This document shows positions 1 to 11,313 of a stretch of DNA of 64,000 nucleotides, piece by piece. The notes beneath the pieces are model-generated. The model did not search any database, was not told the origin of the DNA, and worked only from the letters and a program-made list of their open reading frames with translations. Origin of the DNA: Dimorphilus gyrociliatus (taxonomy: Eukaryota > Animalia > Annelida); the NCBI GenBank assembly GCA_904063045.1, contig CAJFCJ010000070.1, positions 133,502 through 197,501 on the forward strand, read 5' to 3'. The first letter of the stretch is position 1, and each line of letters begins with the position of its first letter. The position numbers and the translations under genes are program-made.

Positions 1-103
1 AAAGAACACTCAACTCCTTCCCTATTCCGGTAATATTTGATAATTATCATTCGTTAGACACTCCGACAGCGACCACTTGCTATGAAATTAGTTGCTTATT
101 AAA

Positions 104-246
104 GAAGTTCACTTGATTTTGATTTTCAGTAAGAATACAGACAGTGAAACCATGGCCTATCGATCCGTTTGTCATTATTTAAGAGCTTCAAGGAAGAGGT
201 GTCAGAGAAGTTACCACAGAGATAAGTGTTCATGGTGACGTTGCTA

Positions 247-280
<34 letters not shown>

Positions 281-285
281 CGAAG
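104..285 (+). pseudogene. 28S rRNA 3-prime fragment (dispersed rDNA pseudogene, peptidyl-transferase region)
   Basis: Matches the universally conserved LSU stretch CTTGATTTTGATTTTCAGT...GAGGTGTCAGAAAAGTTACCACAGGGATAA...TTTGATCCTTCGATGTCGGCTCTTCCTATCATTG. It has scattered substitutions and an about 18-nt deletion (CTGGCTTGTGGCGGCCAA) at 225/226. No flanking rDNA. Confidence 0.93.
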
Positions 286-2205
286 AATTTTGTCTTAGTA
301 CGCTTCCAGTAGAATAGCCAGTATTGTTCTTGATTGTGGTGACAGTGTTACCCATACTGTCCCAAACTATGAAGATTACGCTCTGCCCCAAGCCATTCTT
401 CGTAAATAAATTAATTTCGGTTGAAATTTTTGTATTCTATAGAAAAAGATGGAAAATGATAAAAAAATTAACATTGGACTTAATCAAGATTATTCTAGAT
501 TGAGAATAATTATTTTGAAGAGAATATATAGGGCACTAAAAGCATTATCTATCCTTCTGTTCCTTTCTTTCCGTTGCTTATTTTTATGTTTTAGCTATGT
601 CTTACTTTATCATTTACAAATTCATCAACGAATCTTTAAAATGAGAAAGGTGTGAATGGCAGCGATACTAAGAGAACAACTATATTATCTGTAAGTCCTG
701 AAGGCAATTGCTTTTTTCCATTTGGCGTTTCCTGCTGTCAGCTACAACGTCCAGTTTTCTTCTAGTTTTCTAAGGAATGAATGCTTTAATAATGAATGCT
801 TTAATAATGATTCTTAAATAAGTAAAGCAACTTTACCTTCTCTTGATAATTTGGAGCTGAAGGAATAGATGGAAATGTACAGACAATAACTCAGACGCAT
901 CTTTTTCTTTGTAATGAAATCATCTTTAAATACAGTTCTTTTTCCAGATTTCTTTCATTCAGATGGAGGTCGACTAACACACTGTCGTTTGGCGTCTCCC
1001 TAACAACTCAATCTCAAATTAACTTAATTATTTCTCAAAAAATTGCCAATCGATTATAGATAATGAAAATGACCCTTAAGCCTATAGCTATGGCATGTTA
1101 CAGGTTAATTATTTATCTATCGCAATTATAATCTATCTATGACAAATCAATCCAGGTAACCATCTAAACAGACAGACATCCGACCACCCTTATACTCTTC
1201 CTTCAGCATGTTTCTCTAGGTTACATTCATTTGAAGTCTTTTTCTTTCTCCTCCCTAAAGAGGGGATTCTCTATTTCCAAACTACAAATGGAGTTTACTT
1301 TCTGGTAGGAAACTTTGTTGGGGACCATTTCAATCTTCTGATCTAGCTTTGACAAAGGCCAAACCTGTGTAAAGTTCTCCCAACTAAAACACTCGTCTGT
1401 TATTTTAGAAGAAAAATGTCTGGTTCATCTCGCCTATTTCCTCTTCCTTTACTCTAAAATGGTGTCGCAAATATGCTAAACATCTAGCAAAAGTAGGATT
1501 TGATCCTTTGATTAAGAAGGATTGAAGAGGATAGAAGCCAAATTTCTTTTTTTATTAACTAGGAAATTCAGCGAAATTGAATGCGGCGAATTTCCATTCT
1601 GTTCTAAAAAGTCACACAAACACCTTACTGTTGTAAAGGTGAAATGCTCTGTACATTCTTATTTATAAACGAAAAGTCTATTCCTAAAAAGGATCAACTA
1701 TGCCCAACCGCTTTTCAATTCTACAGCAGGTGGTAACAGCACACTGAAATTGAATTACCCCGGTTAGTCATTCGGGGATTGTAGTGAGTTTAACTCAAGT
1801 TAAACAATTTCTCCTCTTCTCATTCTCTTTTTTGAAGACTGAGGTTATACTTTCTTTCGTCGAATAATCAATCACAGCCATTTCCCTTATATAGTGGAGG
1901 TTAGGGACACTTCGAGAATCTTCTCTGATCTCAGCTAATCAATACTGAATGCAGTAATAGCGTTTTATATGCTTATAATCAATAACATATTGCTTAGTAG
2001 ACATGGAGGTAAACATCTTCAACAGTAGTTAAGCAAAATTCCTATCATGTTGATAACATCAGATTGATTGTTTTCATTATCAACAATTGGCAATATTAAT
2101 TCCTTTTGAAATTTATTTATTTAATCTGGTTTAGGGAGAGAAGAAAAAATATATAAAAGAACATCTAATTAGTATTCACAGGGAAAAAAATTAACTTTAA
2201 CTCTC

Positions 2206-2500
2206 ATGGAGCTCACCAGAAAACCAAACAGATTCCCAATGGTCAAGGAACTAAATGATTCAATTTCCGGGTTAGGTAAAATCTGTGTTACTATAAAAAC
2301 GATTACCCCATACGAAAAGTTTGATAGTACTTCCTGGAAGCTAATATTGAAGATTCTGAGAAATGATAATGAAGAGCTTCTTGACTCTAGTAAGCACCTT
2401 GAATTTCTTCTACAAATCTTTAAGAAAAGAGGGACATTTCCCTTCTTGCTTTTGCAGATGATATGGTTATTATTGGATCAAAACTCGAAGAAATTCCAGC
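2206..2500 (+). mobile_element. Possible degenerate non-LTR retrotransposon RT fragment
   Basis: YEKFDSTSWKLILKIL resembles the RT motif DFEKAFDSVSWxFLxxVL. No other RT motifs are recognisable. Confidence 0.35.
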
Positions 2501-2527
2501 TAACCTCGACACATAGTGCTGCAAAGA

Positions 2528-2745
2528 GGGATCAACAGAAGTCACCCAGGACAGACGACGCTGAGAAATAGGCATAAGTCGCCCAGAACTGTGATTGAAG
2601 TTGCCCACAGACAGAACTTGCAATTAAGAATTCCTCCACATCCTTATTAGTTCTAATTGCATGTTGATATACTGACCATTGTTTTAGTGACCAAGTATCA
2701 TTCATAATCTGAGACCTGAACAAATCTGTCATTCTATATCTTTGT
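2528..2745 (-). mobile_element. Truncated MULE end (AGAAGTCGCCC family) with C-terminal transposase fragment
   Basis: Terminus GGGATCAACAGAAGTCACCC with subterminal repeats. The adjacent minus-strand peptide WSLKQWSVYQHAIRTNKDVEEF matches the MULE WSV...RTNNxxEG motif. Confidence 0.8.
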
Positions 2746-3293
2746 ACTGAAATGCTCCCGTTTCTATTCTTACGCCCTCAACATATTAATATTTAGAATA
2801 TCATCAAGGATAATGTTCGGCTACCAGAAGACGTAACAAACACGCCACCACAGCTATATTTATGTGTCGAATATGTAAGCAATTTGTTGCTGGCTTATTA
2901 CTACTTTCCAGTCCACGGCTTTGAGCATCTACAAACTTTGCCTGGACCTTTTGACTTCCGGGGGGGATTGTAGATCCATTTCGGATATTATTTGTAATAT
3001 TCGTTATTGTTTTATGCAGTTCTTTTACGGGTGAATTGAAGTCAAAGGAATGGTTAAAAACGATATGTCCGACCTCTTGCTGGATTTGTCTTGGCAATTT
3101 GAAAGAGCAATAAATGAAGAGCAGGAATAGTTGTAAATAATAATAATTTATAATAATTTAATTGATGATACTAGAAGGGGCGTTGACATTTTATTCAATA
3201 GTTCTAACAATTCACTTCGCTGTTGATGCCATCTTCCTCTTCTTTCCCGTCCTAGTCGCTGCGATCCTGTTTGCGGCGTTAATAAGGGTGAGT

Positions 3294-3885
3294 TCAAATG
3301 ATTATGAACGACACTTGAAACTTAGCCAGCTTAGAATTTTTACTATTCATAAAAGGAGAAATGACCATACTAAATTGATACTCTTTGTCACTTTGTTTAT
3401 AAAATTCTTGAGTAATGTTCTTCCCCCAGCGCTTCTTAAAGTGCATACGTGGTTTATCTTGGTAACCAAGTTCTAGAGTATGGAAGTAATTAAGGAACCC
3501 TTCCAATAGATTGTCCAGGATAGCTTTGTGTTCGATCATTATTACCAAATTACCAAATAACAAATAAGTGGGATTCATGGACAATGCAATTGGAATTAGT
3601 GTATATTGTTGCGCCATGAATACATATGGCTTTTTATCAACAATTGTTTTAGGGATGTGGTAGAAAACGGTCATAAATCTATGGTTTTACCCTAACCCTA
3701 ACCCAGCCCTTGTTTTTGTCTAACCTTTTTGAATACCCCTAACCCTTAGATGGGACCCTCCTAAGAACATATCAACAGTTATCTTATTCCTCCTAACCAT
3801 TTCCCAGGCTGAAATCTAACTTTCAAATATTTCATTTATGGCCGTTTTCGACCGGTCCCTTGTTTTAGTCGTATTGTCTAAAATA
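3294..3885 (-). pseudogene. Unidentified coding exon interrupted by a MITE
   Basis: Removing MITE 3653-3859 plus one TSD gives acceptor TTTTAG followed by an open frame NTTKTIVDKKPYVFMAQQY...FIII* (about 125 aa). No family recognised. Confidence 0.35.
3653..3859. mobile_element. MULE-type MITE (207 bp) with TTAGGG-like repeats
   Basis: Ends GGATGTGGTAGAAAACGGTC and (reverse complement) GGGACCGGTCGAAAACGGCC. Perfect 9-bp TSD TTGTTTTAG (3644-3652, 3860-3868). Internal CCCTAACCCTAACCC, homologous to 19025 and 42257. Confidence 0.9.
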
Positions 3886-3984
3886 TTTATGATAAAACTT
3901 TTGTAAAATAATTAAAAGGTAAAATATTTATTATAGAAAGTAAATAATGTTTTTAATTGGAAGTCTTAGATTTAACTTTTTATT

Positions 3985-4090
3985 TGAAATAAACCATTTA
4001 AATTAAACACTTTGTTTAAAGGTTCGGGTAGAACCAATACTGCTGTAACTTGTGAACAAGTAAATTTGCCAAGCAAGAGAAATACATTAT
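3985..4090 (+). repeat. Partial LTR family C (3-prime end)
   Basis: AATAAACCATTTAAATTAAACAC...GGTTCGGGTAGAACC homologous to 23930-24025, 26930-27032 and 57610-57700. Confidence 0.75.
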
Positions 4091-4221
4091 TAAATTTTAT
4101 TTCTGAAACATCAATTGTTTTTGACCATTCTATATCCAGGTTTTTTGATTCTCCCTAAAAAAGAGGCTTCCATGTTAGTTCCCGTTTTCAAAGCAGCATT
4201 CCAATATTCTTCTCTCTTTTC

Positions 4222-4490
4222 ATAGCTTGTCAGTTCAGTTCTCTAACCGTTAACTAGTTGTTTAAACTTGCTTGTTTAGAACTAGAAAATCATTTACTCA
4301 GCATTTTGCTAATTAATTTCTACCGAAATTACATTGATTAAGACTATTTGTGGACGAACTTGGAAAGTTCTATTTGTGTGAGTACTTTGATAAGTTGATA
4401 AATAATTGGAAAGGACGAATACTGTTCTGAAGAAACAGAAATTCCTACAATTACTATACAACAAAGATATTGTTCACAAAAATTTCAAGA
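4222..4490 (+). repeat. Partial LTR family B (3-prime part)
   Basis: Reverse-complement homologue of 29599-29870 (GAACTAGAAA...GGAAAGGACGAATACTGTTCTGAAG...CAACAAAG). Confidence 0.85.
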
Positions 4491-5452
4491 TTTATTTGTC
4501 TATTCATTCTGCTTGAATTTAATAACACTAGTTTTTTCTGCTCATGTTTTCTTTATATTGGAAATACTTAAAGAAAGAATTTTTTTTAACTCTACCAAAA
4601 TATTAAAGGTTACATGGCAACAGAAAATTATACCTTTCTTAGTCAATGCAGAAATCTGTCTTATTGTTTTTACTATCACTTTTTGTGGATTTTTTGTTTT
4701 TCTCTTTGCATTAATTTATAAAATGGGTTACAAAGAAATATTGGACTTTTAGCAATGAATTTGTCAACATTCTTTTAAACCTCTGGCAACAAATACCGGT
4801 TTATTACTCACGGAAAATTTTCATATTATTGAATATATGATAAATGTTGATAAAAATATTTGCTTAGCAACCAGATTTCACAAATTGTAAGTTTTTTTGA
4901 GTGGAAAAAGTGAATTATTTAACTGATAGAACTTCCTTAATTATCTTTTGTTTATTTAGAATGAAGATTATGACATTTATACAACCGAATTTATAGAAAG
5001 GACTCTTTAAAAAATTTTTTTTTACTTTACAGTAATTTTTATATATTTCAAATTTTCACTAAAACGGAGGAAAAGAGTTCTGTCTTGATCCCTTTTCATT
5101 CAAAAAAGTTAGATAATACTCAATTAAAAATTTTTTATGACATTTTCTGACTAGTGTTAGACAACTCTAGAACAAAAAAAAAATAGAGAATATTTCATAA
5201 TGAGGAAGAAAAGACTTGAATCGAGGGAAAAAATCTTTGGATTAAATAAAAGATGGTTATCTAGAATATCCAAAGAACTAAATGCAGCTCGCAGTGTTAT
5301 ACAGTAAAACCTAAAGAAGAGGATCAAATGTCCTTGAATGGAAGACAAATCCGGGCCTGATCTCCCCAAGAGACAAGAGAAGTCTTATAATTATTCAAAA
5401 GAAAAACTCTGTCAAAATTGACACTTTGTCTTATGGTTGTGAGGGTGATAAC

Positions 5453-5573
5453 GGGGTGAATATATGATGGCGTGAATGTTTGACTGTAAACGCCATCCAT
5501 GATTCGTGTTCCATGAACTACCATTCTCAGTCGCGAACCATAGTCGCGGATTGTGCGTTCAAGAATTCACCCC
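5453..5573 (+). ncRNA. Candidate 121-nt structured RNA or miniature foldback element
   Basis: Closing stem GGGGTGAAT/ATTCACCCC. Inner helices GATGGCGT(5466-5473)/ACGCCATC(5490-5497), TGAAC/GTTCA and CAGTCGCGA(5528-5536)/TCGCGGATTG(5544-5553). GC/CpG-rich against the background. No family recognised. Confidence 0.35.
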
Positions 5574-5949
5574 TTGAAATATGTATATGTTGTAAGTGGG
5601 TCAAGTTTGCTTAGTGACCTTTAGACAGGCGTTGAGCAGTGCCTGATAGTCATATATAAAGGCACGAACAAGAACCCTTATGAGCCTATAGCTCGAAGCG
5701 AAAAAACCAAAAATAGATTAAAGACGGATGGCTAACAAAGCATATCCATATATCTAGAACAAAAAAAGCGGACAGCAGCGACGTTTAATACAAACCGCTT
5801 TATTCAGCAAGACAAGCTTATAAACGACTTATAACAATATTGCTTAAAAGCGCAACAAATATCTAAATATTTGTTAAATAAGTTCTGCAGTTTTGGAAGT
5901 TTTAAGAGTATATTAAATTTATTTTCATAAAGATATAAAGAATTATTTA

Positions 5950-6863
5950 ATTGTAATATTTTCAAATTTAAAAATCTTGAAAAGTACTTTTACTGATTGA
6001 AGATATTGAGCAGTATGCTATTTTTAAAATTTGAAGTTTATGTAAATGTTTACATTTTATTTTAGATAAAATTGATATTTTTGTTTTTGATGTCAAGATC
6101 AATACGAAGTGGAATTTTTTTAAAAGATATATCCTTTTAAAGTGTGTTCACTTATATCAAGAATTTTAAGAAGTTTAATCATACTTATTACTTTCAAATT
6201 GTGAAGATTATTTTCCTAAGATTTAAATGAATAGCATTGTTAATTGTGATTTTTTCAATTTGGCTGAAAATGCAACTTTCCATTTTTCTAGAACTCAACG
6301 ATCCAAAAAAAATTTTAAATTATCAAGCCGAATTATTTCTGTAGAATTAATGATTTCGCTTAAATCTTTCAAATTAAAGTTACTTTTCTACAATTGTCTA
6401 TCACATTCTATTGAACTATATATGGAATATGTACAATTGTTAGGACAATTTAATTCGTCACTTTCCTCTCTACAATTCACAAATTCTAAAAGTTTCAATC
6501 ATTTTTCTTTCATTTTTACATTTAAAATAATTAGAAAGAAAAAAATTGTCTAAATTTTCTTTTATAAAAGAAAAGAATTTAGTATAGATCTTATAACGAT
6601 TCTTTCCATCACAAATTTGAACAACTGATATGCAAAAAGAAATAAATTTGCACTTATATTCACCTTTCTCCACATTCAACATTTATACAATTTTCAAGAT
6701 CCAGAAAAGGAGAATGAATTCTATTCCTTAAATTTCCCATAGTATCATAAATTAGTTTACATTGTGCAGAATAAATATTTCTTAATAGTCCTTTTGGATT
6801 GTATGACTGATATTCATTTCTTTTTAAATATTTCCAAGATACTTTATTAAAAAATTTGAGCAC
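5950..6863 (-). pseudogene. GRL101/LGR-type receptor remnant 1 (LDLa linker, LDLa, start of LRR)
   Basis: CKLIYDTMGNLRNRIHSPFLDLENC, GEYKCKFISFCISVVQICDG and YFKCKNERK align with CRVQYDSWGNLRTRPHFPFHNLFMC, GEYLCYLERFCISIQQFCDG and FFKCKNEKH of the intact gene at 61400-61730. Frameshifts and stops are present. Confidence 0.8.
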
Positions 6864-7047
6864 CTTTTTATAGTGTAAAAATAAGTTTGTTTTTTAGTCA
6901 TAAAATGCTTGGAAAAGTCAGGAACTCTAATAAAACGATATAGACAACTAATTCCAACTTAAAATCTATTAACTAACATAAAAAAAATGGAAAAGATTCA
7001 GCCTATAATATTAGATTTACTTTTAAAAATTAAGAATATACTTTTAT

Positions 7048-7990
7048 CTAATAAATTTTTTGAAAATAATGAAAATTCTTTACCAAATTCATATTTTTTC
7101 TACCAAAATTGAAAACTGCCTTATGACGGGTAATTAACTCCTGCTTTTTTGCTAAGCAAGAAGATAGGACTTCATTTACTTTATCTTCATCCTCGGCATG
7201 TACTTCAATAATACAATGATAAAGTTTCCTTTCCTTAGTTCTCATTAACAGTTGTTAAGAATCTTTTAAATCATTCTAGAGTATTCTAGAAAATATTTCA
7301 TTAGTAAATTGCTCAAATGCTTCATTATGTGGGAATCTTCAAACAAGTTTACTTCTATAATTCGACATCTACTCCACTTTTCTTATTCCACATAATATCA
7401 TAAAGAAATCTATTAATAGTTAAGTTTCTTCAATTGGAAAGTCTGATAGCTATTTTATTATCTTACCTTTTATTTCTTTTATTCAATCGAATAAATTGCT
7501 GACTGTTTATTTTGATATCCAATATTAGGCCTCTAACAAATTCTATATCTTTATTAGAAATATCAAACTGTTTTCTGCATTCTTCTTTTAAATTATTCTC
7601 ATCAATAATTGGATTAAATACTTCAACAGAATTTTTCCTTTCATTTAAATTGAAATCATTTTGAAATCTCTCTTTAAAATCAGCAAGTAAAGGAGCATTT
7701 GCCAAATTTCTACAAAGAGCTACAAGAGAAATTAGAAAGATGTCCCTTTCTTCTATTGAAACGGCTAATTCTGAACTGATATTTCGCTTAAGAGATCGAA
7801 GTAGTTCATTTGCCAAATAGCATGTTCCCAAACTATGTTCAAACTATTTTGAGTAGCAGTTGGATAAACCAAAAAACATGGGCCAAGTTGTTTGATATAC
7901 CGTAAACGTTGAAATTGAGGTGTGTCAATGACTTTAATAAGTAGAAGATGAAATATGCAATTTATAATTATGGATGTATTGATAGATATA
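7048..7990 (-). pseudogene. SAMHD1: SAMHD1-like HD-domain dNTPase paralogue, catalytic motifs lost, disabled
   Basis: [17 protein letters not shown] (about 7882-7932), EHSLG, FLYDIMWNKKSGVDV, EAFEQFTNEIF and FNFGRKNMNLV match SAMHD1 blocks. LCHDLGHGPFSH reads LCRNLANAPLLA (RN at 7706-7711). There is a 1-nt deletion near 7843, a TAG at 7355-7357, further stops and an internal deletion. Confidence 0.9.
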
Positions 7991-9482
7991 TTTCGTATAA
8001 TCAGAATGATTCATGCGCTTTGTTCTTTTAGAGATAGTTACTTAACTACTTTTAATAATTTTTTTTAAACATTACATCTTATAGTCTACTCTCAAAAATT
8101 ATTAATTTGATTTTTCAATAATAGCTCCCTCCATTATCTAAAGTAGATTTATAAAAATCATGAGACAATTGTTATAACTGTAGCTAATTACTTGAAAAAA
8201 TGGTCTTTAAGATATACCTAAAATATATTTAATCAAATCCATTCAGACATATAATACCCCAATTTTAAAAATGATCACGCAACCATCAAAATGCAGAAAA
8301 AGAGGTATATTAAAGTAGGACATTTCTACTAATAAACGTAATTAATGATTGACAATTGACAGTGAGAGTTCCTTTTTTTTGTTTTTAAAGCATATTTAAT
8401 CAATTTACAGATGATTTTCTTCTTTCAATTCATTGTTTGTTAAGTTAATGATGAATAAATAAAAAATGAATATAGATGAATAAATATCATTTTTGTATTT
8501 TTGTTTGTTTATCTCTGGAGAGATGTCAATACTGACTGTTTTTAAAAAAATACCCACTAATCAATGGAAGATCCAAAAAATGTGATCAATAAAGCACTCA
8601 TTTTCATTACCCACTGACCTAATCTTTTTTGCAATGACTGGTAAATTCTTATCTTTATCCGCTGGGACTTAAACTACTTGTTATTTTTTAAAAGTTTGTC
8701 AAAAATTTTTGATTTTGTTTCTTTTTAGCTATTCTTCTCCTGACTGCAGAAGATGATATTGCGAGGAATAAATGGCATTTCAGAGTTCAACCATTTATCT
8801 CAATTCCTAGTTTGGCTACTGATAGTAATGTTGAAATTGACAATGTTTTTTGATAAATGAGATCAAAGTTCACGAAAATTTTTTTTTCTAAACGACTTTA
8901 TTTTGTATTTCCAGCTTTTGAAGTATTTAAAAACCGATCAAAAGTTAACAAAATAAATCCCTTGTTTGGGAAAACTGGTTGATATTAAACTCTGTATTAC
9001 CAGGCGTAATTCCTGACAAAGAAAGTAGTTACTTACTTCCTGTTTACAAGATTTGAGAGTGGAAAAGTAAAATTTAAAAAGTTTCCTACAATATTGGTGA
9101 GTCGATTAAAGACAAAATATTGCGAATAAAGGTTTAATGTTAGATATTAATACAAAATTATGATTCATATCAAATATAGGGTGTAAAATATGTTTTTTCT
9201 GACAGGAGAATAGGCCTATAACATCAAATGATCCTTTTTTGAAATAAATATTGAATTTCTTCCTGACAATTTCCTGCAAAGAGATGCTTCATTTGGAAAT
9301 CAGAGAATAATCAAATTTGTAATCTATTGTCCCAAAACAAAGTTTGGTATTTGGATGGTATGTTTATGGTTGTCAAAGAACCATTTTTTCAACTTTTCTC
9401 CAATCCTTCCTTTATAAAGAAAGATGAAGAAACAAAGTAGATTCCTTTGACATTTATGTCCATGACATCAAAGAAGAAGAAA

Positions 9483-10495
9483 GGGATCAACAGAAGTCGC
9501 CCACTACCCATGGCAGAAGTCGCCCAGAACTGTGATTGAAGTCGCCCAGGACAAAGCAGAACTCGCCCTGTGCACTTATTAAAATTGTATAAATAGACGA
9601 AGTTGAATAGAGACTATTTTTTCTTGTTCATTTCAAATAGAGAGTAATTTCTGAATAAAGTTCAGAACATTTTTGCAAAACTTCTGATGAAGTCATCTGA
9701 AATGATATGTATGAGTTTCTAGTTCTATATAAGCGAATTTAAACAACCAGCTAATGGTTACAGAACTGAACTGAACTGTCAAACTGGAGAAATGTATTTC
9801 CTTTGATACATTTACCAAAGCTTGGGTTACCTTGGTCAAAGGATTGCAAACTTGAAATGTAACAGTCTCACAATGCATATATAACAAAAACATGAAAAAC
9901 TATTGCATCACTTATGGCTAAGATGTGGCACTGCAAAAACAAACCTGCCTCTTCTGCATCTGTTTTTGAATAAGATGTAACAAGTTTGACATGCATTTTT
10001 TCTATATTGTTTGTTCATTTGTTAATTCCATAATGACACCATCTTTTATGGTCAAAGAATCTATTTCCCACGAAATAAAGGTCTTTTTAAAGTTATAGAA
10101 TCTAATTCTACTAAATAGAAGTCTTTCTCAAGCTCGATAATTATAATTCCTATGAAATTACCTTTTTTGTAAACTTCCACAAATATAATTCCTACGACAT
10201 AAAAGTCATTCTATAGTTGCACCATTATAATTGCTATGAAATAAAAGCCTTTCTAAAGTTCTATGATATCTGAAGTCTATTACATTATTATTTCTAAGTG
10301 CACATCATTTCTTGTTTTATCCCTGAAAAACTTAAATAAATCAACAAAAGACTTTAAATATTTAAAACAACAAGAAAAAAGATATTTTCCCACTTACTGG
10401 GGCGACTTCTGTCATTCATCTGGGCGACTTCTGCCTTAGTTCTGGGCGACTTCTGCCATGGGCGACTTCTGTCCTGGACGACTTCTATCGTATTC
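9483..10495. mobile_element. Non-autonomous MULE (1013 bp, AGAAGTCGCCC family)
   Basis: Ends GGGATCAACAGAAGTCGCCC and (reverse complement) GAATACGATAGAAGTCGTCC with tandem subterminal repeats. Perfect 9-bp TSD AAGAAGAAA (9474-9482, 10496-10504). Confidence 0.93.
9711..10304 (-). repeat. LTR family B 5-prime part carried inside the MULE
   Basis: Homologous to about 29800-30364 and retains the LTR terminus TCTAAGTGCACA. Confidence 0.85.
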
Positions 10496-10968
10496 AAGAA
10501 GAAAGCATATATACAAGTATTAAGGGTAACTTAACAAATATTTCATCTGCCCTCATATTCTTGAGGAAATTCCAACACTTACAAGTTAATAAAGTTTCTC
10601 ATTTTGCACCAACTATATTATTTTATTATTTGCTTCTATTTCCTTTAAAATTAAAACGGTTGCTTTGCAAAAAGGGGACGAGTTTTCCAGTTCCCCAAAA
10701 TTAATAGTACTGCATGTGTTCATTAATAAAGAATACGTGAGTAGGCGGATCAAAAACATTCAAATGTAACATTCAAACAGTAGAATAGTACATATTTTCC
10801 TGCCACGATCAGTACAATTCTAAAACACACTAGAATTGTTTATTTTCCTAAATTTCATGGTCATTATTGATATCACTCAATTTCATTAAGTCCAAAAAAA
10901 GTGGAATGAAATTTTCAATTGTTTAAAGACATTCCAGAACAAGGTATCATGTGGATTGATATAATTTC

Positions 10969-11239
10969 TGTACTTTGTTACATTGTAATTGTAGGAATTT
11001 CTGCTTCTTCAGAACAGTATTTATCCTTTCCAACCATTTACCAACTCACCAAAGTACTCACACAAATAGAATCTTTTGAAGTTCCTACACAAATAGTCTT
11101 AATCTATGTAAGTTTGGTAGAAATCAATCAACAAAACACCAATATTACGTGCAAAGACTATATATTGAGTAAATGAGTTTCTAGTTGTAAACTAGCAAGT
11201 TTAAACAAGAAGCTGACGGTTAGAGAACTGAACTGACAA
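10969..11239 (-). repeat. LTR family B 3-prime part abutting an assembly gap
   Basis: Starts at the LTR terminus TGTACTTTG, is homologous to 29599-29870 and runs into the Ns at 11240-11249. Confidence 0.85.
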
Positions 11240-11313
11240 NNNNNNNNNNCAGAACACAATGATTCGACTATATTTAAATATTTAAAAAAATAGTAAATTG
11301 TTTAAATTACATA

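Larger units (their letters stand above)
9210..10530 (+). mobile_element. MULE transposase remnant (DDE core) split by a MITE
   Basis: EFLPDNFLQRD...KVWYLDGMFMVVKEPFFQLFS...K*IPLTFMSMTSKKK[MITE]AYIQVLR followed by a GT donor. It is collinear with WYLDGTF...SSKKKRAYKLLFQ|GT of the 36552 element. Confidence 0.85.

Noticed and set aside
5545-5570. 5.8S rRNA-like GAATTCTTGAACGCAC on the minus strand; SECIS-like ATGA hairpin at 5464
   Set aside because: The match is about 16 nt with no other 5.8S sequence, and the hairpin lacks the tandem GA quartet geometry.
9683-9720. Hammerhead ribozyme core (CTGATGA...GAAA), also CTGATGAG at about 57423
   Set aside because: No stem III/UH partner and no G-C closing of stem II at 9683; GAAA is missing at 57423.
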